DNA of 41,825 bases. Source: Chiloscyllium plagiosum (Eukaryota). Positions 1-11,031 of the stretch are shown here, in pieces. Both the position numbers and the translations under genes were made by a program. The stretch lies in contig NC_057749.1 in the NCBI RefSeq assembly GCF_004010195.1, forward strand, positions 24,285,042-24,326,866, in the 5' to 3' direction. Within the stretch, counting starts at the first letter, position 1, and each line of letters starts with the position of its first letter. The notes beneath the pieces were generated by a model. It did not search any database, was not told the origin of the DNA, and saw only the letters and a list, made by a program, of their open reading frames with translations.

Positions 1-480
1 GAGGTGGCGCCAATGCAGTCATCAATGTAGCGGAGGAAGAGGTGGGGAGTGGTGCCAGTGTAATTACGGAAGATCGACTGTTCTACGTAGCCAACAAAGA
101 GACAGGCATAGCTGGGGCCCATACGGGTGCCCATGGCTACCCCTTTGGTCTGGAGGAAGTGGGAGGATTCGAAAGAGAAATTGTTAAGGGTGAGGACCAG
201 TTCGGCCAAACGAATGAGAGTGTTGGTGGAAGGGTACTGTCGGGGACGTCAGGACAGGAAGAAACGGAGGGCTTCGAGGTCCTGGTCATGGCGGATGGAG
301 GTGTAGAGGGATTGGATATCCATGGTGAAGATGAGGTGTTAGGGGCCGGGGAAATGGAAGTCTTGGAAGAGGTGAAGGGTGTGGGTGGTGTCTCGAACGT
401 ATGTGGGGACTTCTTGGACTGGGGGGGATAGGACAGTGTCGAGGTAGGTAGAAATGAGTTCAGTGGGGCAGGAGCATGCT
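1..480 (-). mobile_element. Penelope-like element reverse transcriptase fragment
   Basis: Minus-strand translation gives LIFTMDIQSLYTSI, QTKGVAMGTRMGPSYACLFVGYVEQ and FLRYIDDCIGAT (YxDD catalytic motif), typical of PLE RT. Confidence 0.85.
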
Positions 481-588
481 GAGACATTGATTTTCCTGCT
501 CCTCGGATGCTGCCTGAACTGCTGTGCTCTTCCAGCACCACTAATCCAGAATCTGGTTTCCAGCATCTGCAGTCATTGTTTTTACCTT
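481..588 (+). mobile_element. PLE terminal (pLTR-type) sequence, inverted relative to the RT fragment
   Basis: gattttcctgctcctcggatgctgcctgaactgctgtgctcttccagcaccactaatc is a near match to the reverse complement of the terminus at about 21187-21250 that abuts a GIY-YIG ORF. Confidence 0.75.
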
Positions 589-1071
589 GTTGGATCCTAG
601 TGTCACTCAGTCTCGAATTCTCCCTCTTACAGTTTCAAAAAGCAGCGTTATCTCGCACTGCTCAACAATATGCAACGCTTGATTTTCAAGTTCTCTCTCT
701 ATTATTCACTCGTAGCAGTCCAACCATGACCTCAGTTTGTAGTCTGAAAATAAAACATACGTGGACTCTTACATCAGAGGAGCTCAGGGTTTGTGAAGAC
801 AGAGGCAGAGAAAATGTTTTGAGTGCAATATGAATCTCCTGCACAGTATCGCACTTGGTGTCTCACCCAGATGCTCCCAGTTTACTGGGTTTGTCCAGCA
901 CTTTATGCCATTATTATGTTGTTTTTCTTGCTCAACTGTTAAATGGATTTGGGAATCTGGGTAAAGGACTTGCATTTAATAATTTTGATTAGCTTTACAA
1001 CACCAAGCAGCTCTCCAAAGGTGTGGAATAATATCTCCGAACAAGTTGATTAGAAAATATCAACAACGCAA

Positions 1072-1270
1072 GACTTGGGTGACTGTCTGTGTGGAGTTTG
1101 CACATGCTCCCCACGTCTATGTGGATTTCCACCGGGTGCTCTGGTTTCCTCTCACAGTTCAAAGATGTGCAGATTAAGTGGATTGGCCACGGGAAATGCA
1201 GGGATGCTCTTTGGAGGGTTGGTGTGGGCTCGATAGTCTGCTTCACCGGATACACTGGGGATCCTGTTTT
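1072..1270 (+). mobile_element. HE1-like V-SINE, partial
   Basis: gactgtctgtgtggagtttgcacatgctcccc...gggtgctctggtttcctc body shared with full copies at 17900 and 19655. Confidence 0.75.
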
Positions 1271-1423
1271 TCTGTTCTAACTCAAAACACCACCTCGTGC
1301 AGAGCAAGCTGAGTGTGATTGTCACATTCTCTGAGGCTTGGAAGTGCCTCCAGAAGCTGATGTTGCTTTCGGTCGTAATCTAGGAGAAATTCTAATGCCA
1401 CCTTCCTCTCTTGGGTTTTCCAG

Positions 1424-1589
1424 GAAGCCAGTTCTTGTATTCGACGCACGCCTGGACCCTCCTCAGCGCTGTGGTGGAAAGGGCTGCTGAGCAGGATTTC
1501 TTACAACTCATGAAGAAGCTGTTTTTGGATCTTGACATGCTTCAGACAGTGCCAGATGAACACGAGCCAATCATATACAACCGAGCAAG
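1424..1589 (+). CDS. LACTB: LACTB (mitochondrial serine beta-lactamase-like protein), penultimate coding exon, 166 bp, phase 1 in and phase 2 out
   Basis: Acceptor ttttccag|GA and donor AG|gtagtc. Encodes (G)SQFLYSTHAWTLLSAVVERAAEQDFLQLMKKLFLDLDMLQTVPDEHEPIIYNRA(R), with the YST active-site motif. Splices in frame to 13703. Confidence 0.93.
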
Positions 1590-1934
1590 GTAGTCTCTCC
1601 CGCTTCCCAGATTTCCCAAATCCTTAAATGAACAAGCGGATGGTTTTCCTTGAGCTAGTGAATTGTCTTCCTTCTCCTGTTTCTTACCTGTAGATGGCAG
1701 TGTGCCTCCATGGCGAGGAGCCATAGCCAGGGATTGAAGTTGAGGGCTCTGATGGTACTTCTCGCTCAGAGCGCTGGCAATGCCCCAGTCATCTGACTGA
1801 GCACAACAGCCCCCCTGGGGTCTCCTGGTTATTCGGTCCTGTTATACTCCCACTCCCTTGTCCTGGGCCCTGAAAGGAGTGAGACCCAGTGAGCATACTC
1901 AGCTACTGAGTGATCAGTGCATGAGGCTGTCGCT

Positions 1935-2576
1935 TGTTATGGACTAGGCCCGACCCCTCAAAACATTCTTAAGCAGGTGACCCAGACCATAACTTTGCCA
2001 TTTGTTTCGGTAATGTGGATATTCCTGGAGTGAATTAGCTGATGCAACTGCCAAGTTTGAAACAAACAGATTTTATTTACAAAATTACAGAATGAACCAC
2101 AAAGCACAGAAAATAGAATACTGGATAACTTGTCCTATCCAAAACCCCGACAGACTATCCCAACTTAATGACGCTGTTCCGAAAATACTTGCAACAGTCC
2201 CAATAAACACACCCCTTAGCACAAAGAGTAAAAATGAAACAAATCAGGGCTTACACGCTTGAAGTTAGAGAGAGATAGTACCCAGCTGTACTAGTCCCAT
2301 CAGCCTTTCTTCACACACGTTGCTGCTGAACTGAGTCAAAAACTCTCATCTAAACGAAGGCTAGTTACACAGCTAGCTGGCCACTCCCCTTTGATTATAC
2401 CAGAATCTTTTAAGACATGAAAGCCTTAGGCCAGAAGCATTATCTGTCGGGGGTAAACTAAAAAGGGCCCCAATAAACCTTTCAAATCCAGCCTAGTTGG
2501 AGCCTGGCCAATTACCCTCCCTCTGGAAAAAAACCTCAAGGGCACAGTAATCTTTAAAAAGACCACTGTCGTGACA
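1935..2576 (-). mobile_element. Solo-LTR-like element
   Basis: TG...CA ends (tgttatg...cgtgaca), approximate 4-bp flanks cgct/ggct and minus-strand AATAAA. Termini match the copies at 30419-31044 and 33954-34587 in opposite orientation. Confidence 0.65.
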
Positions 2577-2873
2577 GGCTGCAGTGCAAATGAGGAACTG
2601 GAAAGGTTACCAATGACTAGGTTGGAATGGCTGTGGAAAGGAAAGGTAATGGCATGAATTAGAGACTATCATAGCACTAGAATGCTGAGCATGACCAGGT
2701 ACGTGTTCCAGTCAGTCCTTTTGGAGTAAGGGGAATGATGGGAGTTGGGGAGGCCATTTGTTGCCAAGTGTAAAAAGTTATTATGTGGAACTTCCCTGTC
2801 TATGGAGGATGACTAGTGCATCCATTCTGTTTGAGAATTGGAAGGGATACAAAGCAGTAAGGATTCAATACAG

Positions 2874-3100
2874 AATTAGAGATAAAAAAAACCCCTGTAG
2901 ATTCTGGATTCCAAACTAGACAGGCAGGAGGCTGGAAGAACACAGCAGGCCTGGCAGCATCAGGAGGTGGAGAACTCAATGTTTCAGGCATAGCCCCTTC
3001 TTCATCTAGTCCTAAAGAAGGGTTATATCTGAAACGTTGACTTCTTCGCCTCCTGATGCTGCCTGACCTGCTGTGTGCTTCCAGCCTCCTGTTTGTCTAC
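2874..3100. mobile_element. Fold-back PLE-derived short element with degenerate hammerhead motif
   Basis: Inverted arms agacaggcaggaggctggaagaacacagcagg.../...cctgctgtgtgcttccagcctcctgtttgtct. Flanked by taaggattcaatacag / taaggattctgtacag. Motif AGTC-CTAAAGA...GAAAC-GTT-GACT at 3008-3042. Confidence 0.65.
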
Positions 3101-3244
3101 TAAGGATTCTGTACAGTTGTTAGAGGCTGCATACACATTGAGATGTAAACCTTCAGCCTGATAGTGCACAATGTAATCACTCAATAATCAGAGGGCCAGT
3201 GCTATGCAGAGAATTAACTCGATATCTGGGCATTATATCTTGCA

Positions 3245-3452
3245 GGAGAAAGTGAGGACTGCAGATGCTGGAGATCAGAGCTGAAAATGTGTTGCTGGAA
3301 AAGCGCAGCAGGTCAGGCAGCATCCAAGGAGCAGGAGATACGACGTTTCAGGCATGAGCCATTCCTGAAGAACGGCTCGTGCCCGAAACGTCGATTCTCC
3401 TGCTCCTTGGATGCTGCCTGACCTGCTGCGCTTTCCCAGCAACACATTTTCA
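3245..3452. mobile_element. Fold-back PLE-derived short element with 15-bp TSD
   Basis: About 80-bp inverted arms (3280-3360 vs 3374-3454). Direct repeat gcattatatcttgca at 3230-3244 and 3453-3467. Confidence 0.8.
3361..3396 (+). ncRNA. Minimal type I hammerhead ribozyme-like motif
   Basis: ATTC-CTGAAGA-A-CGGC-TCGT-GCCC-GAAAC-GTC-GATT. Core boxes and GUC triplet are intact, with one mismatch at the base of helix II. Confidence 0.65.
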
Positions 3453-3499
3453 GCATTATATCTTGCAAGCAATTGTTGCCGCTGGATACTGATGAGAAG

Positions 3500-3885
3500 A
3501 AAGTTCATGCTTTTCCGAGCACTTTTTACATTGTCAGGGCATCCCAGATTGCTTCATAGCCAATGAAGAACATCACTGAAATGCAGTCATTTCAATTTGA
3601 TGATCAAAAGGCCTTAGAAAGAGCAAAATGATGAGCAACACCTGTTTTATCTGTGAAGTTGTTTGAGGGGTAAGCATTGGTTATCAGAGGAACTCTTGCT
3701 TTTCATAGAACAGGCTCTTTCTTAACAATGCAACCTGTAACATCTCATTTGAAAATCAGTGCCTCAGTAAGAGTGATGCACTCTCAGTGCATCATGGCGT
3801 TGTAATGTCAGCTGAGATGTTGTATCAAACCCCTTTGACTATGGCTTGAGCCCACAAACCTCTGGCTCAGATCAAACGGTGCTCC
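3500..3885 (-). mobile_element. DeuSINE-like (SacSINE1/AmnSINE1-related) copy, degraded
   Basis: Reverse complement resembles the copies at 9230-9612 and 18240-18556 (tail ...gcttcatagccaatgaag, Deu-like catctcatttgaaaa, tRNA-like end). Confidence 0.55.
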
Positions 3886-3889
3886 CTTT

Positions 3890-4460
3890 GGAGAGATGAT
3901 AGTAACGTCGCTGGACGAGTGATGGAAAAGGCTCGGACTAAAGCTCCAGGTATTCAGCTTCAAATCCCATCCCTGCAGCTGATGAATTTACATGCAGTTA
4001 GTTAATCAGGAATATAAAGCTAGTCTCTGTAGTGATAACCAAAGGTCGATCATCAATGATTGTTAAAAACCCCTCTGGCTTACTGTTGAGAAGGGAATCT
4101 ACTGTCCTCACCAGGTCTGGCCTGCATGTGACTCCAGACCTTTCGCAATACGGTTGACTCTTAACTGCTGTCTGAAATGGCCCTCCAGATCTCCTTTGCA
4201 GGTTCCCACAACCCCATCATTTCCTTTTTACAGAGACTCTGATTGGAACGCGTAACTGGTCAAACTCAGCACTCCGGTGCTATGGCAGTATGACAGTCTC
4301 TCATTCACACCATTACCTTTCCTTCCTGCAGATTTTATGTCCTAGTCGTTGGTAACCTTTCCAGTCCCTCGTTCTCATTGAAGCTACAACCTTATGGACA
4401 ATTTGGAATGGGCAACAATGCTAGCCTTCCCAGTGATGCTCATATCCCATGAACAAAGTA
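3890..4460 (+). mobile_element. tRNA-headed SINE family 2 (LINE-derived tail), interrupted at about 4185-4395
   Basis: Body ...ccaggtctggcctgcatgtgactccagacc...ggttgactcttaactg and tail gggcaacaatgctagccttcccagtgatgctcatatcccatgaa. Confidence 0.6.
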
Positions 4461-4654
4461 ACCTGATGCTTGAACAATGACTATTAACCCAGTCACAACA
4501 AATGATTATTGTTACGTTAGGTCTTCAGTGCAATTGTGATAAGGAACAGCACCTGGAAGGTCAGGTGCTGTCCTTGACATTTACTGCGGATCCCAGACCC
4601 TGTTGCCATTCCAGCTGCTGGAGGGTAAGGACTTGGATTTTCTCCAAATGCAGT

Positions 4655-5355
4655 TATAGAGTCACAGAGTCATGCAGATTTACAGCACGGAAACAGATCC
4701 TTCGGTCCAACCTGTCCATACCGACCAGATATCCCAACCCAATCTAGTCCCACCTGCCAGTGCCCGGCCCATATCTCTCCAAACCCTTCCTATTCATGTA
4801 CCCATCCAGATGCCTTTTAAATGATGCCTTTTAAATTGTACCAGCCTCTGCCACTTCCTCTGGCAGCTCATTCCATACACGTACCACCCTCTGCATGAAA
4901 AGTTGCCCCTTAGGTCTCTTTATCTTTCCCCTCTCACCCTAAACCTATGCCCTCTAGTTCTGGACTCCCCCACCCCAGGGAAAAGACTTTGTCTACTTAT
5001 CCTATCCATGCCCCTCATAATTTTGTAAACCTTTATAAGGTCACCCTTCAGCCTCCGACGCTCCAGGGAAAACATCGCCAGCCTGTTCATCCTCTCCTTA
5101 TCCTCCAACCCTGGCAACATCCTTGTAAATCTTTTCTGAACCCTTTCAAGTTTCACATCATCTTCCCGATAGGAAGGAGACCAGAATTGCTTGCAGAATT
5201 CTAACAGTGGCCTAACCAATGACCTGTACAGCTGCAACATGACCTCCCAACTCCTGTACTCAGTACTCTGACCAATAAAGGAAAGCATACCAAAAGCCTT
5301 CTTCAGTATCCTATCTACCTGCGACTCCACTTTCAAGGAGCTATGAACCTGCACC
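4655..5355 (-). mobile_element. CR1-clade LINE 3' fragment (HER1-like)
   Basis: ORF 4920-5357 encodes a CR1 ORF2 C-terminus (LYRSLVRPLLE..QFWSP..LERVQKRFTRMLPGL..LERRRLKGDLI), followed by the CR1 3' UTR and (tctatgac)-type tail. Confidence 0.9.
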
Positions 5356-6092
5356 AAGACGAGAGCATGTAGCCCCTTGTTACAGTTTTTCTGTCATCTC
5401 CACTTTCTTGGCTGTGCCACTGGGGTCGGACTGCAGATGTAATCATCAGGACTGGGCCAGAGAAAGCTGACCCGCAATAACTTAGTAACGTCGGGTTCCA
5501 AACTTGTCAGTGCCTTCACTGGGAACAGGAACATGTCAGAAGTTATTATCTTTCCCGTAACTCCTTAAATTGTGCCACTGCCGAACGTGTGAAATTGTAT
5601 CCATCGATCATCGACAAATGTTGACAGGGGCATGTTGGGCTGAACAGTGGAAATTCCTGATGCTCATCGGTCCAAGAGATTAGAACGGGCTAACAATGTA
5701 AAACAATGTCATTCTGATGTAGCAACAATGTGAAACCCGACTGATATTTCAAGACTGACATTTGGCTCATAAGCAGCTGCTAGTGACGCATCCCTCGAAT
5801 GTTTAACTCACTCCAAAGTTAATGTCTCCCATCTGTTTCCATTCCTCTCCATCGCTTAGTTGGCAGCATCATATAGTCTTCACTCCATGTGGTGCACTAG
5901 AGAAAGTGTCCATGCATGAATTCAGTTGCATGCTTCTGTCTGTGTGTTATCCTCTCCTGTATATAGTGTTCTGGGTGACATCCCGTACTCTCCTGCTCTT
6001 CATCAACACCAGAGTACAGGTTCATTGATCAGTTAACTCCTTTGTGAGATCTTGCTGAGGGCAGATTATTTTCTCGTGTAACACTGAATTTC

Positions 6093-6627
6093 AACAGTGT
6101 GGAGGCAAGCCATTCGGCCCATCAAGTCCACACCGACCCTCCGAAGAGCATCCCACCCCCTTATACCTGTAACCCTGTATTCCCCGTGGCTAACCCACCT
6201 AGCCTGCACATCTCTGGACACTACGGGTCAATTTAGTGTGGCCAATCCACCCTAACCTGTGTGGAGTTTGCACTTTCTCCCCGTGTCTGCGTAGGTTTCC
6301 TCCGGGTGCTCCGGTTTCCTCCCACAGTCTAAAGATGTGCAGGTCAGGTGAATTGGCCCTGCTAAATTGCCCATAGTGTTAGGTGCATTAGTCAGGGATA
6401 AATATAGGACAGGGGAATGGGTTTGGGTGGGTTTCTCTTCGGAGGGGCGGTGTGGGCTTGTTTCCACACTGTAGAGAATCTAATCTAACCTGCACAGCTT
6501 TGGACTTTGGGAGGAAATTGGAACACCAGGAAGACACGGGAAGAATGTGCAAACTCTATACAGAGGCTGGAATTGAACCCGGGTCCCTGGCACTGTGAGG
6601 TAGCAGTGCTAACCACTGTGCCGCCCC
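6093..6627 (-). mobile_element. HE1-like SINE containing a nested, opposite-strand 5'-truncated HE1-like copy (6260-6484)
   Basis: Outer copy ends ...agtgctaaccactgtgccgccc. Inner + copy is flanked by ctaacctg at 6252-6259 and 6485-6492. Confidence 0.8.
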
Positions 6628-6779
6628 AACAGTGACTCAAGGGAAACTTGCATTCACATAGCACCTTTTACCTTTTGCAGTCAGTCGCTTACTTTCTGAA
6701 GTGTTGACACTGCTGTAAGTTAGATACCAATTTGTTACCCTCTGCATCATAAGCTTTTATTTTCTGCAACTGATGACTA

Positions 6780-7065
6780 CTGAGCTTAAAGCTCAGGGGG
6801 CATGGGTTCAAATCCTACTCAGTAAATAAATCAGGGAAAGCAGTCTGAGGAATGGTGACTAAGACAACTACCATCGATTGTTGTAAGAAAATACCACCTC
6901 ACTTATTTCTTTTGGGGAGGAAATCTGCTGTCCTTACCTGGTCTGACCTACATGTGAGTCTAGACTCACAACATAGTGACTCCGAATTGCCCTCTGAAAT
7001 GATCTCACACACCACTTGGCTTCTGGGAAAATAAGGATGGGCTGACCTTGCCAACATTGCCAAAG
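6780..7065 (+). mobile_element. SINE family 2 copy, degraded
   Basis: gggttcaaatcc B-box-like sequence and ggaaatctgctgtccttacctggtctgacctacatgtga body. Confidence 0.6.
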
Positions 7066-7069
7066 GACT

Positions 7070-7420
7070 CTGGTCATGTTTGCTAAATTTGTTGATGACA
7101 CTGAGATAGGCAAGAAACCAAGTTTGTGAAGATGTAAAGAACAGAAGGGTATAGATAGTTTAAGTCAGTGGGCAAAAATGTGGCAAATGGAGTATTATAT
7201 GGGGAAATGTAAAATTGTCCATTTTGGCAGGAAGAATTTTTTTAAAAATCTAAATGGGGAGAAGTTGCAGAGATGTGACATGCAGAGGGATCTGGGTGTC
7301 CAAGTGCATGAATCACAAAAAGTTAGTCTGCAGGTGCAGCAAATAATCAGGAAAGCTATTAGAATGCTATAATCTATTGTAAGGGGAATTGAATACAGGA
7401 ATAGGGAGATTATGCCTCAG
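7070..7420 (+). mobile_element. CR1 LINE RT fragment, degraded
   Basis: KFVDDT.. and WQMEY...KCKIVHFGRKN...QRDLGVQVHESQK are CR1 ORF2 motifs. Confidence 0.75.
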
Positions 7421-7589
7421 CCAGACTTTGCACTGGTACCGAGAGCAGAGTTTCTGACGTGGACTGGGAAAAGGAGCCCCGAGACGTGCAGTGATACAGT
7501 GTTGGTGAGAGAGAAACTATAAGAGTTGTATGGGGAAATGAGAGCACTCAAAACCTAGCTAAGTGAAGAGGGGTACAGCAGCAGTTGCA

Positions 7590-7990
7590 CAGAATGTTAC
7601 AGTGCAGAAAGAGGCCATTCGACCCATAGTGTCTGCAGCAGCTTTCCAAATGAGCATCCTGACTTAGTGCCATTCTCCTGCCTTTTCCCCATACCCCTGC
7701 TTATTGTTTTGATCCAATGCCCTTTGAATAGTTTGCTTGGACCTGCCTCCTCCATGTTTCTAGGTTGTACATTTTGTTGCCTAAACGCTCACTGAGCGAA
7801 GAAGATTTTTCTCACACCACATTGGCACATCACTTCAAATCAGCCGCGTTCTCGATCCTTTGATGAGTCGGGTCTGCACTTGTACCGATCTATTCTGTCC
7901 AACTCCCTCATGATTTTGAAAACCTTTCATCAGATCACTCTGTGCCTTCATCTCCCCGAGGACAGTGCTCCCAACCTCCCCAACCTGAAG
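7590..7990 (-). mobile_element. Old CR1 LINE 3' end
   Basis: gaggccattcgaccc tail and ccctcatgattttgaaaacct segment resemble the younger CR1 copies. Confidence 0.55.
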
Positions 7991-8069
7991 TTAAAACAAA
8001 AGGCTCTCAGCAGGAGAGGAGGCATGTTTTAGGATGTATTATACAGCAATGTGTTTTTGAAAGCAGTCA

Positions 8070-8385
8070 TCGTAGAATCCCTACTGTGTGGGAACAGGCC
8101 CTACAGCCCCACAAGTCCACACTGGCCTACTGAATAGTAACCCATCCCCCTACCCTATTACTCTGCATTTACCCCTGACCAATGCACCTAACCTACACAT
8201 CCCTGAACACTATGGGACAATTTAGCATGGTCAATTCACCCGAACCTGCACATCTTTGGACTGTGGGAGGAAACCCAAGCAGAAACAGGGAGCACATGCA
8301 AACTCCACACAGACAGTCGCCCAAGGCTGGAATCGAACCCGGGTTCCTGGCGCTGTGAAGCAGCAGTGCTAACCACTGAGCCACC
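8070..8385 (-). mobile_element. HE1-like V-SINE
   Basis: Reverse complement of the tRNA-like head (gtggctcagtggttagcactgctgc...gggttcgattcc) and body. Confidence 0.85.
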
Positions 8386-9229
8386 AGCTACAAATTGTCA
8401 TGAGACATGCAAGAGCAGATTGTCACTTCATACCACTGACATCCCAGCGGTCAGCAACTATGCTCCAACCAGACCCAGGAGACTTGCTTTTCCTGCTCAG
8501 GGTCCTCTATGTGGGTCTTGTTTATAGCACTGTCAGCATCACGAGTACCTCACGGCACGGGGAGCAAGGCTGAGGCAGATGACAAGGTGAAAGGGTTGTG
8601 AGACAAAGATTAGCAGGGAAGGAGATTTCGGGAGTTAACAGCAGAGGATGGAGAAGGACTTTGGGATGGGGTGGAACATAGAATGTAGAACATTACAGCA
8701 CAGGAACAGGGCAACATCAAATTAAACTCATCCCTTCTGCTCTCCCTTTGTCCATATCCCTCCATTCCTTGCATATTCATGTGTTTATCTAAAAGCCCCT
8801 TGAACGCCCCCATTATCTCTGGCTTCGACCAAGTTTGTGGAGAATGGTTATGACTTTTAATCAGGAGGATGGGGCTTTGGGGAAAAGGGACTTAGGGAGA
8901 GTTAAAAGTCAAGGAGTTGGGAGTAGGGAAAGCAGCAGGAAGAGAGTATGAGGAGGAGGGGCGAGGTAATTTGATTAAGTGGAAAGTGGTTGTTGGGAGG
9001 GTGCGGGGTTGGATGTTAGTGTGTGGGGTCTGTCCCCCTTGTGCAAGGACAGATCCCATTTCTGGACCATGTCGGAAACTTGGCTCTCGTTACCTTTCTC
9101 CCTAACCTTTCTCGGGAATGTGACCCACCTGTTTGCTGTCGCCATGACCCAAAAAGGCTTCACGGGGGGGACTGTGCCCCTGACATGATTTGCAACACCA
9201 GGGGGCGTATCTGAGGCATTCAGCTACCA

Positions 9230-9612
9230 GCTGTGGTCAGTAGCCAGCACTCTCGCCCCTCAGTCTGTGGGCTGTGGGGTTCAAGTGCCAGACACCTGAG
9301 ACTCAGACTCTTGGCAATACGGAGGGAGTACTACGCTGTCTTTCAAGTGAAACCCTGAACCAAGATCCCCATCTGCCACTTAGGTCAGTGTCAAAGGAGT
9401 GTGTGAAGAAAGGCAGAAGGAGTTCTTCCTGTGTTGCATGGCCGTTATTTATCCCTCAAGCAACATCTCAGAAGCAGATTGTTATCATGTTAGTGAGGGA
9501 GCTTGCTGTGCTCAAAACCACTGTCTCATTTCCCACTTTACAGTGGTGACTACAATTCATTCGCTGTGCAGGAGTTTGGGGATGTGAAATAAATTGCTAT
9601 ATAAATGGAATC
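9230..9612 (+). mobile_element. DeuSINE-like copy
   Basis: ggttcaagt head, tacggagggagtact..gtctttcaagtgaaacc, atttatccctcaagcaacatc, gggagcttgctgtgc and gctatataaatg tail. Confidence 0.65.
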
Positions 9613-9622
9613 CCACAGAATT

Positions 9623-9920
9623 GGGGCAGCACAGTGGCTCAGTGATTAGCACAGCTGCCTCACAGCGCCAGGGACCCAGGTTCAATTCCAGCCTCAGGTG
9701 ACTGTCTGTGTGGAGTTTGTACATTCTCCCCGTGTCTGTATGGGTTTCCTCCCACAGTACAAAGTTGTGCAGGTCAGGGCGAATTGGCCATGCTAAATGG
9801 CCCAGAGTGTTAGGTGCATTAGTCAGAGGGAAATGGGTCTGGGTAGGTTACTCTTTGGAGGGTCAGTGTGGACTTGTTGGGCTGAAGGGCCTGTTTCCAC
9901 ACTGTAGGGGAATCTAATCT
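9623..9920 (+). mobile_element. HE1-like V-SINE
   Basis: tRNA-like head, body and gggcctgtttccacactgtagg tail. Flanks agaattg / agaattg. Confidence 0.85.
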
Positions 9921-11031
9921 TAAAAAAGAATTGTGCAGCCAGCGATGGCAATTTGAAAGAGCTTTCCAGCTGGTTCTTTCAGGTTTATCCACAGTGTTGG
10001 TTTTAACACAGGTGTAATCACGTGACGTTAATGCAAACTGCTGGAAAGCAGGTTTACAATTTTCTCTTGTGAATTAAAATCACTTGACCACAGTTTTGTG
10101 CTGAATTAAGTACAGTGACCGAGGAACACCTTTCACCAGAGCTTGATACACAGCACCCCCAAATGCAAACGAATTCATTTCAAAAGTACCACTGCCTTGT
10201 TTTCCAAAGTTACAGGATTTGATTTGAATTGAGTTATTATCAGGTACAGTGGAAAGTTCTGTTCTGTGTGCAGTACAGGTAGATCAAACCATACAAAGCG
10301 CATCAGGATAATAGAACAGAGTGAGGAATACAGTGTTACTGCTGCAGAGAAAGTGCACAGAGAGCAAGATTGAACATTAACATTGCTCTGGATCATCAAA
10401 TATCACAGAATGAGGGAGACCATTCAGCCCATCAAATCTGTTTAGAACAGATTATGCAGTAGTCCCATTTCCCCATAAATATCTCCCTTTTTTTCAGTAT
10501 TTGTCCAATCCTTTTCAAACAGTATTGAGTCCATCAAACTTTCAAGCGATGCGTTGTAGCTGCTAACGCCCTCTGTCAGACTGTACGGGCAGCTGAGGAA
10601 TAAATTGAGTTTGCATTTGGGATAGAATAGTTAAGGCTGCAGCTTTTAACTTGATCTTGCAGTGATCAGTCTCCAACAGCAGAGGATGCTGTGTATCAGC
10701 TTTGTTAGAGTGGTCCCCATTCACAATGAAGACTGGACTGAATAGGACCAGTCATTGTAAGTGTGTGGCACAGTGGTAGCGACCCTACGTCTGGGCAATC
10801 AGGCCTGTGTTCAAGTCCCACCTGCTCTGGATGTGTGTAATAACATCTTTGAACTGATTGATTGGAAAATATCAATATCTGGTGACTGTGAGGAGAAACG
10901 GCTTATTTATTGAAACCTACTTCAATCTGAAATGCTTCTGTCAAATCTCCTCATCATTTTGTTGCATTCTCCATGGAAGTCCCTTGTACCTGCTGCACAG
11001 CACCTGGAAATCATCTGAGATTTTAGAATCA

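Noticed and set aside
42..541. ORFs 42-431(+) and 137-541(-)
   Set aside because: Off-frame or antisense readings of the Penelope RT fragment, which lies in another minus frame.
4198..4360. Possible hAT-type MITE (aggttcccacaac...gttggtaacct) inside a SINE
   Set aside because: The inverted ends are too degenerate and no TSD was found.
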